Below the pieces are notes generated by a model. That model was not told where the DNA came from. It worked only from the letters and a program-made list of their open reading frames with translations, and ran no database searches. A stretch of DNA of 64,000 nucleotides from Tubulanus polymorphus (Eukaryota > Animalia > Nemertea). The DNA lies in contig NC_134027.1 in assembly GCF_964204645.1 (NCBI RefSeq), forward strand, positions 18,748,560 to 18,812,559, written 5' to 3'. The number at the start of each line of letters is the position of its first letter. Within the stretch, counting starts at the first letter, position 1. Shown in pieces: positions 13,625 to 24,789 of this stretch. The position numbers and the translations under genes are program-made.

Positions 13625-16552
13625 CTACACTAAGGGGTCCGATCGGAAAGAACGGACACCTTGAGCCATGACAACAGGACCCAGTGAAGCTAATGAGCCT
13701 AACTGGCCTGAAACATCCCGTAAATAAAATGATGTGAATGTCGACGGTGAATTCCAAAAGGCGGCCCGACAGACTTCCTCCAACGGAGCACCCGAAAAGG
13801 CTGCGCAGGAAGTAGCCATAGATCTCACTTGATGAGAAACGACTCCCTCCGAGGAAAGATTCTCCTTCAATAAAATGTCCTTGATCATTGAAGAGACCCA
13901 TCGGGCTACTGTGTCCCGCGAAATATCACCCTTTAGGTGATCCAGCAGCGGAATAAATAACCGCTCCCGTGAACCCCTCCGTGAAGCAGAGCGATCTAAA
14001 TAGAAACACAACGCCCGCACAGGACATAAAGTCCTGTCCGGGATGCCCGGTTCCACTCGATGTTTTAGGGCTTCAATTCGCCATTGACGCCCAACCGAGC
14101 CTGGTCGTTGGTTCTTTGCCAAAAATTCCAAAGCAGGCCGCAGCGAAACAAATTCATTCGCTGGCCCAAAGACAATGTGACCTGGTCGGACTGAAAGCGC
14201 ATGAATCTCAGAGCGACGGGCCGAGCAAGCCAAGAACAGCAAAAATACAGTCTTTTTTGACAAATTTGCAAAAGACGCTGCCGAAAGAGGTTCAAATGGA
14301 GCCTCCATTAACTTCTTCAAAATTACAGACAGATCCCATGGTGGAACTGTCCTTGTTACCCGAGGCCGGGAAATAGAAAACCCAGCAACCAGCTGGGATA
14401 TCCGATGATCCCCTGCTACATTTGGCCATCCAGAAGCACGCAATGTATGAGAAATCGCGGAGCGGTAACCTTTAATAGTTATGACCTGTAAACCTTTTGC
14501 TACAAATAGGTGCAGTAAAAAATCTGCCAATTGAGCTACAGAGGGTGAGCATGGATCAATTTCCCCTGCAGCACACCAATCCGCAAAATGACTCCACTTG
14601 GCATCGTAAATGGTACTTGTTGACGGCCGCTTAGATCCTGCGATAAAGGAGGCAGCCTGTTCTGAAAAGCCTGAAGCTGACAAGGATCGCTGGACAATGG
14701 CCAGGCGAGCAGATTTAACCACTGGCTGTTTGGATGATGCCGAAAGATCCCCTGAGACAGAAGCGATGGGAAATTCGGAAGAATCCTGGGGTTGTCGCAC
14801 AGTAGGTTGAGAAGTGGTAGGAACCATTTCTGAGCCGGCCAACATGGTGCTACCAGAACTATGTTGCAATTGACTGATCTCTCTATTTGATCCAGTAAGC
14901 GCGGCAGGACTGGTGTGGGCGGGAACGCATACGCATGCATCCCCGACCAGTCCAGAGAGAAGGCATCGACCCCCCACGCTTCCGCGTCTGGAAACGGGGA
15001 CACAAACAGAGGACACCTCCGATTGAACCGGGTGGCAAACAGATCCAGCAGCGGATTGCCAAAAATGCCCCGAACCCGATCGGCTACTTCTTGGTGGAGA
15101 ACCCATTCTGTCGCAATAGCCTGACCTCGACGAGACAGAGCATCGGCCATCACGTTCCTTTTCCCTGCTAAATGTGCCACAGTCAGGGACACGCCCTTTG
15201 TCTGGCACCAAAGAAGAATTTTGGCCGACAGACCTGTGAGGGTTTCTGAGTGAGTGCCCCCTTGGTTCTGAAGGTAAGCCCTCACTGTTGAATTGTCTGT
15301 GGCTAACCAAACGTGGTGGCCCTCCACTCTCCTGTGAAAGAACTTCAGGGCCTTCCACACGGCCAGCATTTCTAGGAAATTTATGTGGTTGGTGGCCTCG
15401 TAGCGAGACCATTTCCCGGCTTTGACTCGGTTCTCCAGATGTGCCCCCCAACCTTGGTGACTGGCATCCGTGAATACACGAACTGGAGCCTCTAACGGGG
15501 CTAGTGACACCCCGAGCCGAAGATTCGTAGTGGCCGCCCACCACTGAAGATCCGGACTTAGATCGGTTGGAGGTACGGGAATCAAGGCCTCCCAGTTGCC
15601 CTTCGACTGAGACCAGAAGACCTTCCAATATTGTTGCAAGCGCCTGCTTCTGAGGCGGCCTAAGGGCACCACCAGACCCATGGAGCTGATGGAGCCTAGA
15701 AGCCGTGACCAGTAACGAGCTGTTCTCGGGGTTGTGGACACTCCCGCTACAGCTTCTTGAAGTTTGGCCACTCGAACCATAGACGGAAAGACTTTGCCGA
15801 TTCGGAGATCGAAGTCCATGCCGAGATAAGTGAACTGTTGGGCCGGCGTCAACTGAGATTTTTCCCTGTTTACGCGGAACCCTAGCTGATGGACTAAGTC
15901 CAAGACTGAGGTCATTGCCTCCCGACATTCCTGAGCCGAATTCGCGACTATTAACCAGTCGTCGAGGTAAACGAACAGTCGAACACCCCTTGACTGAAGT
16001 ACCTTCTGAACTGACTTGACCAACTTGGTGAAAACCCACGGGGCCGTACTGAGGCCAAATGGAAGAGACCTGAATTGGAACTGGCGGCCTTTCCACTTTA
16101 TCCTGAGAAATCGCCGAGATTTTGGGTGAATTGGAACCTGAAAGTAAGCATCTTTCAGGTCCAATGAAGCCGCCCATTGACCCGGACGGAGCCCTTGAAT
16201 CACGTCCTTGGGCTTGGTCATCCGGAACCTTGGAATGTCTAGGTGCCGATTGAGGGATGACAGATCTATCACTGTCCGTTGACCCCCTGTGGCCTTTGGT
16301 ACCATGAATATTCGAGAAAACCAGCCGGGAGAAGTTTCGTTGCAAACTGGTTCTATCGCTCCCTTCTCTGCCAGTTCCTTGAGAGCCGGAGAGATTAAGG
16401 CCTCCTGACCTGGTTTTGGCCGCATGTCGGGAGGTGACCTCATCAGGCGCGGTCGCCTTAGGAAACGGAGACGGTAGCCCCGAGAGACGACCCGGGAGGG
16501 CCAACCGTCTCCAAAGAGGTCGGACCAGTGGGTTGCTGCCTGCTGCAGACAA
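13625..16552 (-). CDS. DIRS tyrosine recombinase ORF, intact (975 aa; YR domain in the C-terminal ~350 aa)
   Basis: Catalytic motifs ARRSEI (R), HQVR (HxxR), AAFW and SFYLRD (Y). Overlaps the RT ORF in another frame, as is typical of DIRS1. Confidence 0.93.
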   Translation of the reverse strand: MSAAGSNPLVRPLWRRLALPGRLSGLPSPFPKATAPDEVTSRHAAKTRSGGLNLSGSQGTGREGSDRTSLQRNFSRLVFSNIHGTKGHRGSTDSDRSVIPQSAPRHSKVPDDQAQGRDSRAPSGSMGGFIGPERCLLSGSNSPKISAISQDKVERPPVPIQVSSIWPQYGPVGFHQVGQVSSEGTSVKGCSTVRLPRRLVNSREFGSGMSGGNDLSLGLSPSARVPRKQGKISVDAGPTVHLSRHGLRSPNRQSLSVYGSSGQTSRSCSGSVHNPENSSLLVTASRLHQLHGSGGALRPPQKQALATILEGLLVSVEGQLGGLDSRTSNRSKSGSSVVGGHYESSARGVTSPVRGSSSCIHGCQSPRLGGTSGEPSQSREMVSLRGHQPHKFPRNAGRVEGPEVLSQESGGPPRLVSHRQFNSEGLPSEPRGHSLRNPHRSVGQNSSLVPDKGRVPDCGTFSREKERDGRCSVSSRSGYCDRMGSPPRSSRSGSGHFWQSAAGSVCHPVQSEVSSVCVPVSRRGSVGGRCLLSGLVGDACVCVPAHTSPAALTGSNREISQLQHSSGSTMLAGSEMVPTTSQPTVRQPQDSSEFPIASVSGDLSASSKQPVVKSARLAIVQRSLSASGFSEQAASFIAGSKRPSTSTIYDAKWSHFADWCAAGEIDPCSPSVAQLADFLLHLFVAKGLQVITIKGYRSAISHTLRASGWPNVAGDHRISQLVAGFSISRPRVTRTVPPWDLSVILKKLMEAPFEPLSAASFANLSKKTVFLLFLACSARRSEIHALSVRPGHIVFGPANEFVSLRPALEFLAKNQRPGSVGRQWRIEALKHRVEPGIPDRTLCPVRALCFYLDRSASRRGSRERLFIPLLDHLKGDISRDTVARWVSSMIKDILLKENLSSEGVVSHQVRSMATSCAAFSGAPLEEVCRAAFWNSPSTFTSFYLRDVSGQLGSLASLGPVVMAQGVRSFRSDPLV

Positions 16553-16707
16553 CCTCCCACTGGTCCCAAGAATTCATTTCGAGTTTTTCCGAAAGGAAGA
16601 GCCCCTTTTTGGAGCCTTCCCCTTGCCTCGATACGAACCGGAACTGTTACGACCGGACGAGGCTTGACACGATTGTTGAAGTTGCGCGCTAGTTCTCCAA
16701 CCGGCAT
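14536..16707 (-). CDS. DIRS reverse transcriptase / RNase H / methyltransferase-like protein (723 aa)
   Basis: LDLKDAY, LPFGL and YLDD (RT); FTDAS..GWG, HINFLE and TDN (RNase H); DLFA...AYAFPP (MT-like). Confidence 0.96.
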   Translation of the reverse strand: MPVGELARNFNNRVKPRPVVTVPVRIEARGRLQKGALPFGKTRNEFLGPVGGCLQQAATHWSDLFGDGWPSRVVSRGYRLRFLRRPRLMRSPPDMRPKPGQEALISPALKELAEKGAIEPVCNETSPGWFSRIFMVPKATGGQRTVIDLSSLNRHLDIPRFRMTKPKDVIQGLRPGQWAASLDLKDAYFQVPIHPKSRRFLRIKWKGRQFQFRSLPFGLSTAPWVFTKLVKSVQKVLQSRGVRLFVYLDDWLIVANSAQECREAMTSVLDLVHQLGFRVNREKSQLTPAQQFTYLGMDFDLRIGKVFPSMVRVAKLQEAVAGVSTTPRTARYWSRLLGSISSMGLVVPLGRLRSRRLQQYWKVFWSQSKGNWEALIPVPPTDLSPDLQWWAATTNLRLGVSLAPLEAPVRVFTDASHQGWGAHLENRVKAGKWSRYEATNHINFLEMLAVWKALKFFHRRVEGHHVWLATDNSTVRAYLQNQGGTHSETLTGLSAKILLWCQTKGVSLTVAHLAGKRNVMADALSRRGQAIATEWVLHQEVADRVRGIFGNPLLDLFATRFNRRCPLFVSPFPDAEAWGVDAFSLDWSGMHAYAFPPTPVLPRLLDQIERSVNCNIVLVAPCWPAQKWFLPLLNLLCDNPRILPNFPSLLSQGIFRHHPNSQWLNLLAWPLSSDPCQLQAFQNRLPPLSQDLSGRQQVPFTMPSGVILRIGVLQGKLIHAHPL

Positions 16708-18813
16708 CCGAAGCCGCCTGAGAAAGCGCTGAAGTTTGAGATGGTCCTGTTTGCGTCCGTGCCGAACCTTGCGCCGCCGGCGTCGGACCAGAACGCTTTT
16801 TCCACGGAGTTCGGGGGTTGGACTTGGCCTGAACCTCCCGAATCTTCCTCAGCTCTGCGGAAACCGGAGCGCACCAACCGGAGAAGAGACGTGAAGACGT
16901 CCCCAATGGGGCTCTCAGCAAAGCATTGGACACCATATCCGGTAGACGAGTTTTGGCACTGGAGTCCATCACTGACTGACGGGAGGCTAACACCAGATTA
17001 GCCTGACCCCGAACCGACAACGGAATTACATGCGAAACAGACCGAGCCAAAGATTGGATAATCCGGTCCATTCCCTCCAGTTTAAGGGCAACTGACTCTG
17101 GGTCGGAGCCCGCATGAACGGCGGCGTGAGTCTCGCGAAGCTCACCCGTCAACACCTTAAGTGCCATATCTTGAAACGAACCAACCCTGGTAAGATTGTC
17201 CAGGATTGACGTCATGGCCACCAAACCGGACTTAGGCAAACGAATACCCGACTGTGCTGTAACAGTATCCGGGCTGATCAAAGTATAATCAGCATCCAGG
17301 CAGTTATGACTGTGATCCACAGCACCTGGAGTTGCGTAATACGCCGAGCGAAATGCGCCTATAGGTGGATCGGTTGAACTAAAATATTTCCCAGATTTCA
17401 TACCCCGTTCTGGAGGGGGAAATGAAAAAGTTCCAGGCCGACATTCACCCCATAATTGCGTATCCAATCGAGCCCATTCTCTTGAAACCGCTGACGATTC
17501 CCGTAAAACGTTAAGATCGGAGTCCGGAGGGCGATAAGCTTCCATTGACTCACCGACCAGAGGAGCTGCTGTGGGCTTAGCGCGAGTTGCCCCGTGCTTG
17601 ACAAAGAACTCACTTATCATCGCTCTAAATGGCATGTCCCCCGCTGGTTCGGATAAAACTGAACGGGACGGAGATACATTGCGAGCCAGGGAAGCCCCCA
17701 TCGTCTGGGGCAACCCACAATTGCTTGCGACAGGAACGACCCCAGAAGGAATTGCCGCCTCTGGGACCGGATCCTCATTGAAATCAGACCCTACCGCAGC
17801 ATCCAGGAATTCAGAGTCAGAATTCCGAAAAACTGAGTGGGCTGGCGAACTTCTAACCGGACAATCAGGAATAGGCTTACCTGTTGTAGAAGTTGCAGCG
17901 ACTTGTTGCGACGAAGATAACAAGTTTAAAATTTTCTCCTCAAATACATGGAAATCCTTCTGAGTCAGGTATTTTCCAGTATCCCGACGATCATGCCGAC
18001 TTCGGTGACGGTCCCTCGAACGGGATCGTGACCTACTAGAAGAATCGCTTTCATCGCTAACCGACGTCGACGAACGATGAGAAGACCGACGGCGAAACTT
18101 CCGACAATAACGATCGTAGTCCCTCTCGCGATCAAACCTTGATCTGCGAGAAGGAGATCTTGCTCGTTTATTACGCTCCCGGCGTCTAAATCTAGTGGGA
18201 GAGCGAGCTCTATCCCCGGAGCGACGATCAGAATCAGACGATGAACGTACCGGATGTTTTGTACCGGACGACGTCTGGACCGGACCGGTGGCCGAACCGG
18301 ACCGATGCCCGACCCGGACCGGACCGGTACCGACCGAACCGGTGCGGGCCGTTCGCGACTACCGCGGCGCGCGCTCGGTTCCGAACATGTAGTCTGAACC
18401 GGCCGAACCGGCCGAACCGGTGAACGACCAGAGACCGGTGAATGACCGGAGACCGGTGCCGGTGAACCAGCGTTCTTCCCCGGTGAACGGAGTTGGGAAG
18501 CCGATCGTACCTGAACGACCGGCGACCGCTCCGCTTTACGATAAGAAACAGGATTAGAAACGTCGGTTGGCACATCGGCCGAAACCGACGAATCCCTGCT
18601 AACTCGACGACGATCTCTTAGTTTAAGAGCCTTATCGGCCCGAAGCCAAAGGTCCTCGGACCACACGACGCAAATATTGCAAGGATTGCTCCTTGCACAT
18701 ATTTGACCGGATTTGCGCCTGCACGACGCACATGAATCGTGGTTGTCCCAGGCGCCAAACAAATGCCCGCATCCCTCCCCGCCACGATGCTGACCCTTAG
18801 GAGGGGGTGGCAT
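16574..18813 (-). CDS. DIRS gag-like region split by a frameshift (Cys/His N-terminus, Ser/Arg-rich linker, 449-aa C-terminal ORF)
   Basis: ATG at 18813; CGH..HDSCASC..C..PCNIC..W motif; second part (track ORF 16574-17923) in another frame. Confidence 0.8.
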
Positions 18814-19748
18814 AATTATCCTGTTACAAATCAAAACAATTCAATTCAATTCAATCAAATTATATTTGTAAATAAAATTCTTACGGAAAAAAAGAAATCA
18901 GGGATAACCCCCAAACCGAACGGACTCACCGTTACGAGAGTGAAAAACTCCCTAATATCCTAATTCCCAGATTTTTACGGCGAAAAAATCCAACGCGTTC
19001 TACTGCGAGAACGCCAAGAAAAAAGATGGCGGATTTCGCCGGTGGCTAAATGCAATACCGCAGGGCCGGGTCGTATAGAAAAACCATTGGCGATAAATCC
19101 AAATTTAGAAAATATTGGCAAAAACCATAGGAAAGGGTACAGTACTCGACGGAAATATTATATCTCAGCAACAAATTTAGTGTCCGCAAGGTATTATAAA
19201 ATTGATAAGATTACTATGATTAATCAAATATCATCAAATGAAACATATTTAATTACTGAACTAGTAGATACTTTTGATAATGGCGTTAAAAATCCTAAAA
19301 TATTAAATACAGTTATAAATTTTTAAAGGAACTTTAGATGAAAACATAATTAATATTCTTAAAACTCCTTTCAATGAAAGAAATGATGATATAATACTTT
19401 CAAAAGATTACAATGATTTGATTAACTTAAGAATTGAAAAAAGACAATTATATTATTTCAATTTTGATAATAAACAAATTATCTATAATGAAAATTCATC
19501 AAATATTGGAATTCAATGTGAATTAGATAATGAAAAATCATTTAAAGATATTGCAGTTCAATGTAATTTAGATGATGAATTTAGAAAATTCAATCCTAAT
19601 GAAAAAGTGCATTGTTATTGCGGAGGTAAATATTTAAAATCACATAAATCAAAGCATTATGAAACAATTAAACATAAAAACTGGCGTAAAGAATAACAAT
19701 TCTACATTATAATTATTGAATTGAGTTAAATGATTTAAATATCTAATA

Positions 19749-20195
19749 GACTGTTAAAATGATAAATTGTTTGACAGTTGAAATGATAAATTGTTTGACA
19801 GTTGAAATGATAAGACAGTTAAAATGATAAATTATTTGACAGTTAAAATGATAAATTGTTTGACAGTTGAAATGATAAATATTTTGACAGTTGAAATGAT
19901 AAATTGTTTGACAGTTGAAATGATTTAAATATCTAATAGACTGTTAAAATGATAAATTGTTTGACAGTTGAAATGATAAATTGTTTGACAGTTGAAATGA
20001 TAAGACAGTTAAAATGATAAATTGTTTGACAGTTGAAATGATAAATATTTTGACAGTTGAAATGATAAATTGTTTGACAGTTGAAATGATAAATATTTTG
20101 ACAGTTGAAATGATAAATTGTTTGACAGTTGAAATGATAAATTGTTTGACTGTTGAAATGATAAATTGTTTGACAGTTGAAATGATAAATTGTTC
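19749..20195. repeat. 24-bp minisatellite (GACAGTTGAAATGATAAATTGTTT), left arm
   Basis: Directly visible tandem units, with a higher-order block starting ATCTAATAGACTG repeated. Confidence 0.95.
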
Positions 20196-20320
20196 GGCTG
20201 TAAATTTAATTGTTATTTGATTTAATCATTTAAAAGTTTGATATTTTTAAAATGATTATAAAATATTTAATTAAAAACTAGCAAATATTTTATAAACTGT
20301 TTAATTTTTCTCTTAAATAA

Positions 20321-20539
20321 ATGGATGGTTTCATTCCAACTGGGAAAAGTGATTTGAAACATTATTTAGTAGCAGGCGGATTAATATTGGCTGCGCTTTT
20401 CTTTTATTATGAAAATATCAGTAAGGATTTGATGAATGAAAATATAAAATTGAGCAAGAAATTAAAGAAGTTAAATGGAAACAATCACAGAAAGAATAAC
20501 AATAAAAAAGTTAATTTAGAAAATGATTTAGAGGATTAA
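20321..20539 (+). CDS. Small host-element ORF (72 aa) with one hydrophobic segment
   Basis: HYLVAGGLILAALFFYY segment; disrupted mirror copy at 21353-21559; diverged homologue at 54804-54971. Confidence 0.5.
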   Translation: MDGFIPTGKSDLKHYLVAGGLILAALFFYYENISKDLMNENIKLSKKLKKLNGNNHRKNNNKKVNLENDLED

Positions 20540-20565
20540 AACAGCATCTTTTAATTTCATATATT

Positions 20566-20880
20566 TTGACTATAAAAATGAGTGAAAATATATTAAACTT
20601 ATTACATCTAATATATAAAAATCAACAGAATATTAAATCAATTATTATGCTTACAGGTTTATTTTCTTTTTCAATTTATAGTATAAAACAGTTGTTAGAA
20701 TTCTATGATTGCTGTAAAATTAGATACACTGAATTAATAGAAAATATGAATTATATTTCAGATAGATTGAATAATATTAAATGCTGTGAAATATGCAATA
20801 AAAGATATAAAAATAAAAAGAGTTTGAGAAATCACATGTATATTCATGAACTTGATGAAAAATTATATGAATCAAAATAA
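20566..20880 (+). CDS. Small host-element ORF with hydrophobic segment and C2H2 zinc finger
   Basis: CEICNKRYKNKKSLRNHMYIH fits CxxC-x12-H-x3-H. The mirror copy (21081-21326) is truncated where the arm meets the spacer. Confidence 0.55.
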   Translation: MTIKMSENILNLLHLIYKNQQNIKSIIMLTGLFSFSIYSIKQLLEFYDCCKIRYTELIENMNYISDRLNNIKCCEICNKRYKNKKSLRNHMYIHELDEKLYESK

Positions 20881-21689
20881 GAAATCGACTGTTAAATTGG
20901 CTGAAAATATAAAATATATTAGTTGAAATGTGTGAAAATAAAAGTTAATAAAAAAAGGGGGTTGAGGTATCAATGTATTAGATACCCTATTAGATACCCT
21001 AATACCATGTATTAAATACGTGTCAAATACGTATTGATGGTATTAAATATGTATTAATGGTATTAAATACATATTATGCTTTATTTCTGAAAATGAAGTA
21101 TTTCACAGCATTTAATATTATTCAATCTATCTGAAATATAATTCATATTTTCTATTAATTCAGTGTATCTAATTTTACAGCAATCATAGAATTCTAACAA
21201 CTGTTTTATACTATAAATTGAAAAAGAAAATAAACCTGTAAGCATAATAATTGATTTAATATTCTGTTGATTTTTATATATTAGATGTAATAAGTTTAAT
21301 ATATTTTCACTCATTTTTATAGTCAAAATATATGAAATTAAAAGATGCTGTTTTAATCCTCTAAATCATTTTCTAAATTAACTTTTTTATTGTTATTCTT
21401 TCTGTGATTGTTTCCATTTAACTTCTTTAAGTAGTTTATATTTTCATTCATCAAATCCTTACTGATATTTTCATAATAAAAGAAAAGCGCAGCCAATATT
21501 AATCCGCCTGCTACTAAATAATGTTTTAAAATCACTTTTCCCAGTTGGAATGAAACCATCCATTTATTTAAGAGAAAAATTAAACAGTTTATAAAATATT
21601 TGCTAGTTTTTAATTAAATATTTTATAATCATTTTAAAAATATCAAACTTTTAAATGATTAAATCAAATAACAATTAAATTTACAGCCG

Positions 21690-22160
21690 AACAATTTATC
21701 ATTTCAACTGTCAAACAATTTATCATTTCAACTGTCAAACAATTTATCATTTCAACAGTCAAACAATTTATCATTTCAACTGTCAAACAATTTATCATTT
21801 CAACTGTCAAAATATTTATCATTTCAACTGTCAAACAATTTATCATTTCAACTGTCAAAATATTTATCATTTCAACTGTCAAACAATTTATCATTTTAAC
21901 TGTCTTATCATTTCAACTGTCAAACAATTTATCATTTCAACTGTCAAACAATTTATCATTTTAACAGTCTATTAGATATTTAAATCATTTCAACTGTCAA
22001 ACAATTTATCATTTCAACTGTCAAAATATTTATCATTTCAACTGTCAAACAATTTATCATTTTAACTGTCAAACAATTTATCATTTTAACTGTCTTATCA
22101 TTTCAACTGTCAAACAATTTATCATTTCAACTGTCAAACAATTTATCATTTTAACAGTCT
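21690..22160. repeat. 24-bp minisatellite, right arm (inverted, one extra unit)
   Basis: Reverse complement of the left array; the periodic track ORFs are 76 aa versus 68 aa. Confidence 0.95.
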
Positions 22161-22549
22161 ATTAGATATTTAAATCATTTAACTCAATTCAATAATTATA
22201 ATGTAGAATTGTATTTCCATCGAGTACTGTACCCTTTCCTATGGTTTTTGCCAATATTTTCTAAATTTGGATTTATCGCCAATGGTTTTTCTATACGACC
22301 CGGCCCTGCGGTATTGCATTTAGCCACCGGCGAAATCCGCCATCTTTTTTCTTGGCGTTCTCGCAGTAGAACGCGTTGGATTTTTTCGCCGTAAAAATCT
22401 GGGAATTAGGATATTAGGGAGTTTTCACTCTCGTAACGGTGAGTCCGTTCGGTTTGGGGGTTATCCCTGATTTCTTTTTTTTCGTAAGAATTTTATTTAC
22501 AAATATAATTTGATTGAATTGAATTGTTTTGATTTGTAACAGGATAATT

Positions 22550-24789
22550 ATGCCACCCCCTCCTAAGGGTCAGCATCGTGGCGGGGAGGGATGCGGGCAT
22601 TTGTTTGGCGCCTGGGACAACCACGATTCATGTGCGTCGTGCAGGCGCAAATCCGGTCAAATATGTGCAAGGAGCAATCCTTGCAATATTTGCGTCGTGT
22701 GGTCCGAGGACCTTTGGCTTCGGGCCGATAAGGCTCTTAAACTAAGAGATCGTCGTCGAGTTAGCAGGGATTCGTCGGTTTCGGCCGATGTGCCAACCGA
22801 CGTTTCTAATCCTGTTTCTTATCGTAAAGCGGAGCGGTCGCCGGTCGTTCAGGTACGATCGGCTTCCCAACTCCGTTCACCGGGGAAGAACGCTGGTTCA
22901 CCGGCCCCGGTCTCCGGTCATTCACCGGTCTCTGGTCGTTCACCGGTTCGGCCGGTTCGGCCGGTTCAGACTACATGTTCGGAACCGAGCGCGCGCCGCG
23001 GTAGTCGCGAACGGCCCGCACCGGTTCGGTCGGTACCGGTCCGGTCCGGGTCGGGCATCGGTCCGGTTCGGCCATCGGTCCGGTCCAGACGTCGTCCGGT
23101 TCAAAACATCCGGTACGTTCATCGTCTGATTCTGATCGTCGCTCCGGGGATAGAGCTCGCTCTCCCACTAGATTTAGACGCCGGGAGCGTAATAAACGAG
23201 CAAGATCTCCTTCTCGCAGATCAAGGTTTGATCGCGAGAGGGACTACGATCGTTATTGTCGGAAGTTTCGCCGTCGGTCTTCTCATCGTTCGTCGACGTC
23301 GGTTAGCGATGAAAGCGATTCTTCTAGTAGGTCACGATCCCGTTCGAGGGACCGTCACCGAAGTCGGCATGATCGTCGGGATACTGGAAAATACCTGACT
23401 CAGAAGGATTTCCATGTATTTGAGGAGAAAATTTTAAACTTGTTATCTTCGTCGCAACAAGTCGCTGCAACTTCTACAACAGGTAAGCCTATTCCTGATT
23501 GTCCGGTTAGAAGTTCGCCAGCCCACTCAGTTTTTCGAAATTCTGACTCTGAATTCCTGGATGCTGCGGTAGGGTCTGATTTCAATGAGGATCCGGTCCC
23601 AGAGGCGGCAATTCCTTCTGGGGTCGTTCCTGTCGCAAGCAATTGTGGGTTGCCCCAGACGATGGGGGCTTCCCTGGCTCGCAATGTATCTCCGTCCCGT
23701 TCAGTTTTATCCGAACCAGCGGGGGACATGCCATTTAGAGCGATGATAAGTGAGTTCTTTGTCAAGCACGGGGCAACTCGCGCTAAGCCCACAGCAGCTC
23801 CTCTGGTCGGTGAGTCAATGGAAGCTTATCGCCCTCCGGACTCCGATCTTAACGTTTTACGGGAATCGTCAGCGGTTTCAAGAGAATGGGCTCGATTGGA
23901 TACGCAATTATGGGGTGAATGTCGGCCTGGAACTTTTTCATTTCCCCCTCCAGAACGGGGTATGAAATCTGGGAAATATTTTAGTTCAACCGATCCACCT
24001 ATAGGCGCATTTCGCTCGGCGTATTACGCAACTCCAGGTGCTGTGGATCACAGTCATAACTGCCTGGATGCTGATTATACTTTGATCAGCCCGGATACTG
24101 TTACAGCACAGTCGGGTATTCGTTTGCCTAAGTCCGGTTTGGTGGCCATGACGTCAATCCTGGACAATCTTACCAGGGTTGGTTCGTTTCAAGATATGGC
24201 ACTTAAGGTGTTGACGGGTGAGCTTCGCGAGACTCACGCCGCCGTTCATGCGGGCTCCGACCCAGAGTCAGTTGCCCTTAAACTGGAGGGAATGGACCGG
24301 ATTATCCAATCTTTGGCTCGGTCTGTTTCGCATGTAATTCCGTTGTCGGTTCGGGGTCAGGCTAATCTGGTGTTAGCCTCCCGTCAGTCAGTGATGGACT
24401 CCAGTGCCAAAACTCGTCTACCGGATATGGTGTCCAATGCTTTGCTGAGAGCCCCATTGGGGACGTCTTCACGTCTCTTCTCCGGTTGGTGCGCTCCGGT
24501 TTCCGCAGAGCTGAGGAAGATTCGGGAGGTTCAGGCCAAGTCCAACCCCCGAACTCCGTGGAAAAAGCGTTCTGGTCCGACGCCGGCGGCGCAAGGTTCG
24601 GCACGGACGCAAACAGGACCATCTCAAACTTCAGCGCTTTCTCAGGCGGCTTCGGATGCCGGTTGGAGAACTAGCGCGCAACTTCAACAATCGTGTCAAG
24701 CCTCGTCCGGTCGTAACAGTTCCGGTTCGTATCGAGGCAAGGGGAAGGCTCCAAAAAGGGGCTCTTCCTTTCGGAAAAACTCGAAATGA
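22550..24789 (+). CDS. DIRS gag-like region, copy 2, with the same frameshift
   Basis: ATG at 22550 opens a frame to 23398. The -1 frame is open from 23005 to 24789 and encodes the RS-rich linker and C-terminal part. Confidence 0.8.

Larger units (their letters stand above)
13048..19160 (-). mobile_element. DIRS1-type tyrosine-recombinase retrotransposon, copy 1
   Basis: Non-identical inverted terminal repeats (13048-13211, 19019-19160), internal complementary region 13269-13365, gag, RT-RNaseH-MT and YR ORFs. ATTA core present at both junctions. Confidence 0.97.

Noticed and set aside
13386-18963. Numerous short + strand ORFs inside DIRS copy 1 (and their mirrors in copy 2)
   Set aside because: Antisense shadows of GC-rich coding sequence with no recognisable motifs.
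19749-20220. CRISPR-like array or periodic MINCLTVE protein
   Set aside because: Units are head-to-tail with no unique spacers and no cas genes, in a eukaryotic context; the ORF is a by-product of a stop-free 24-bp repeat.
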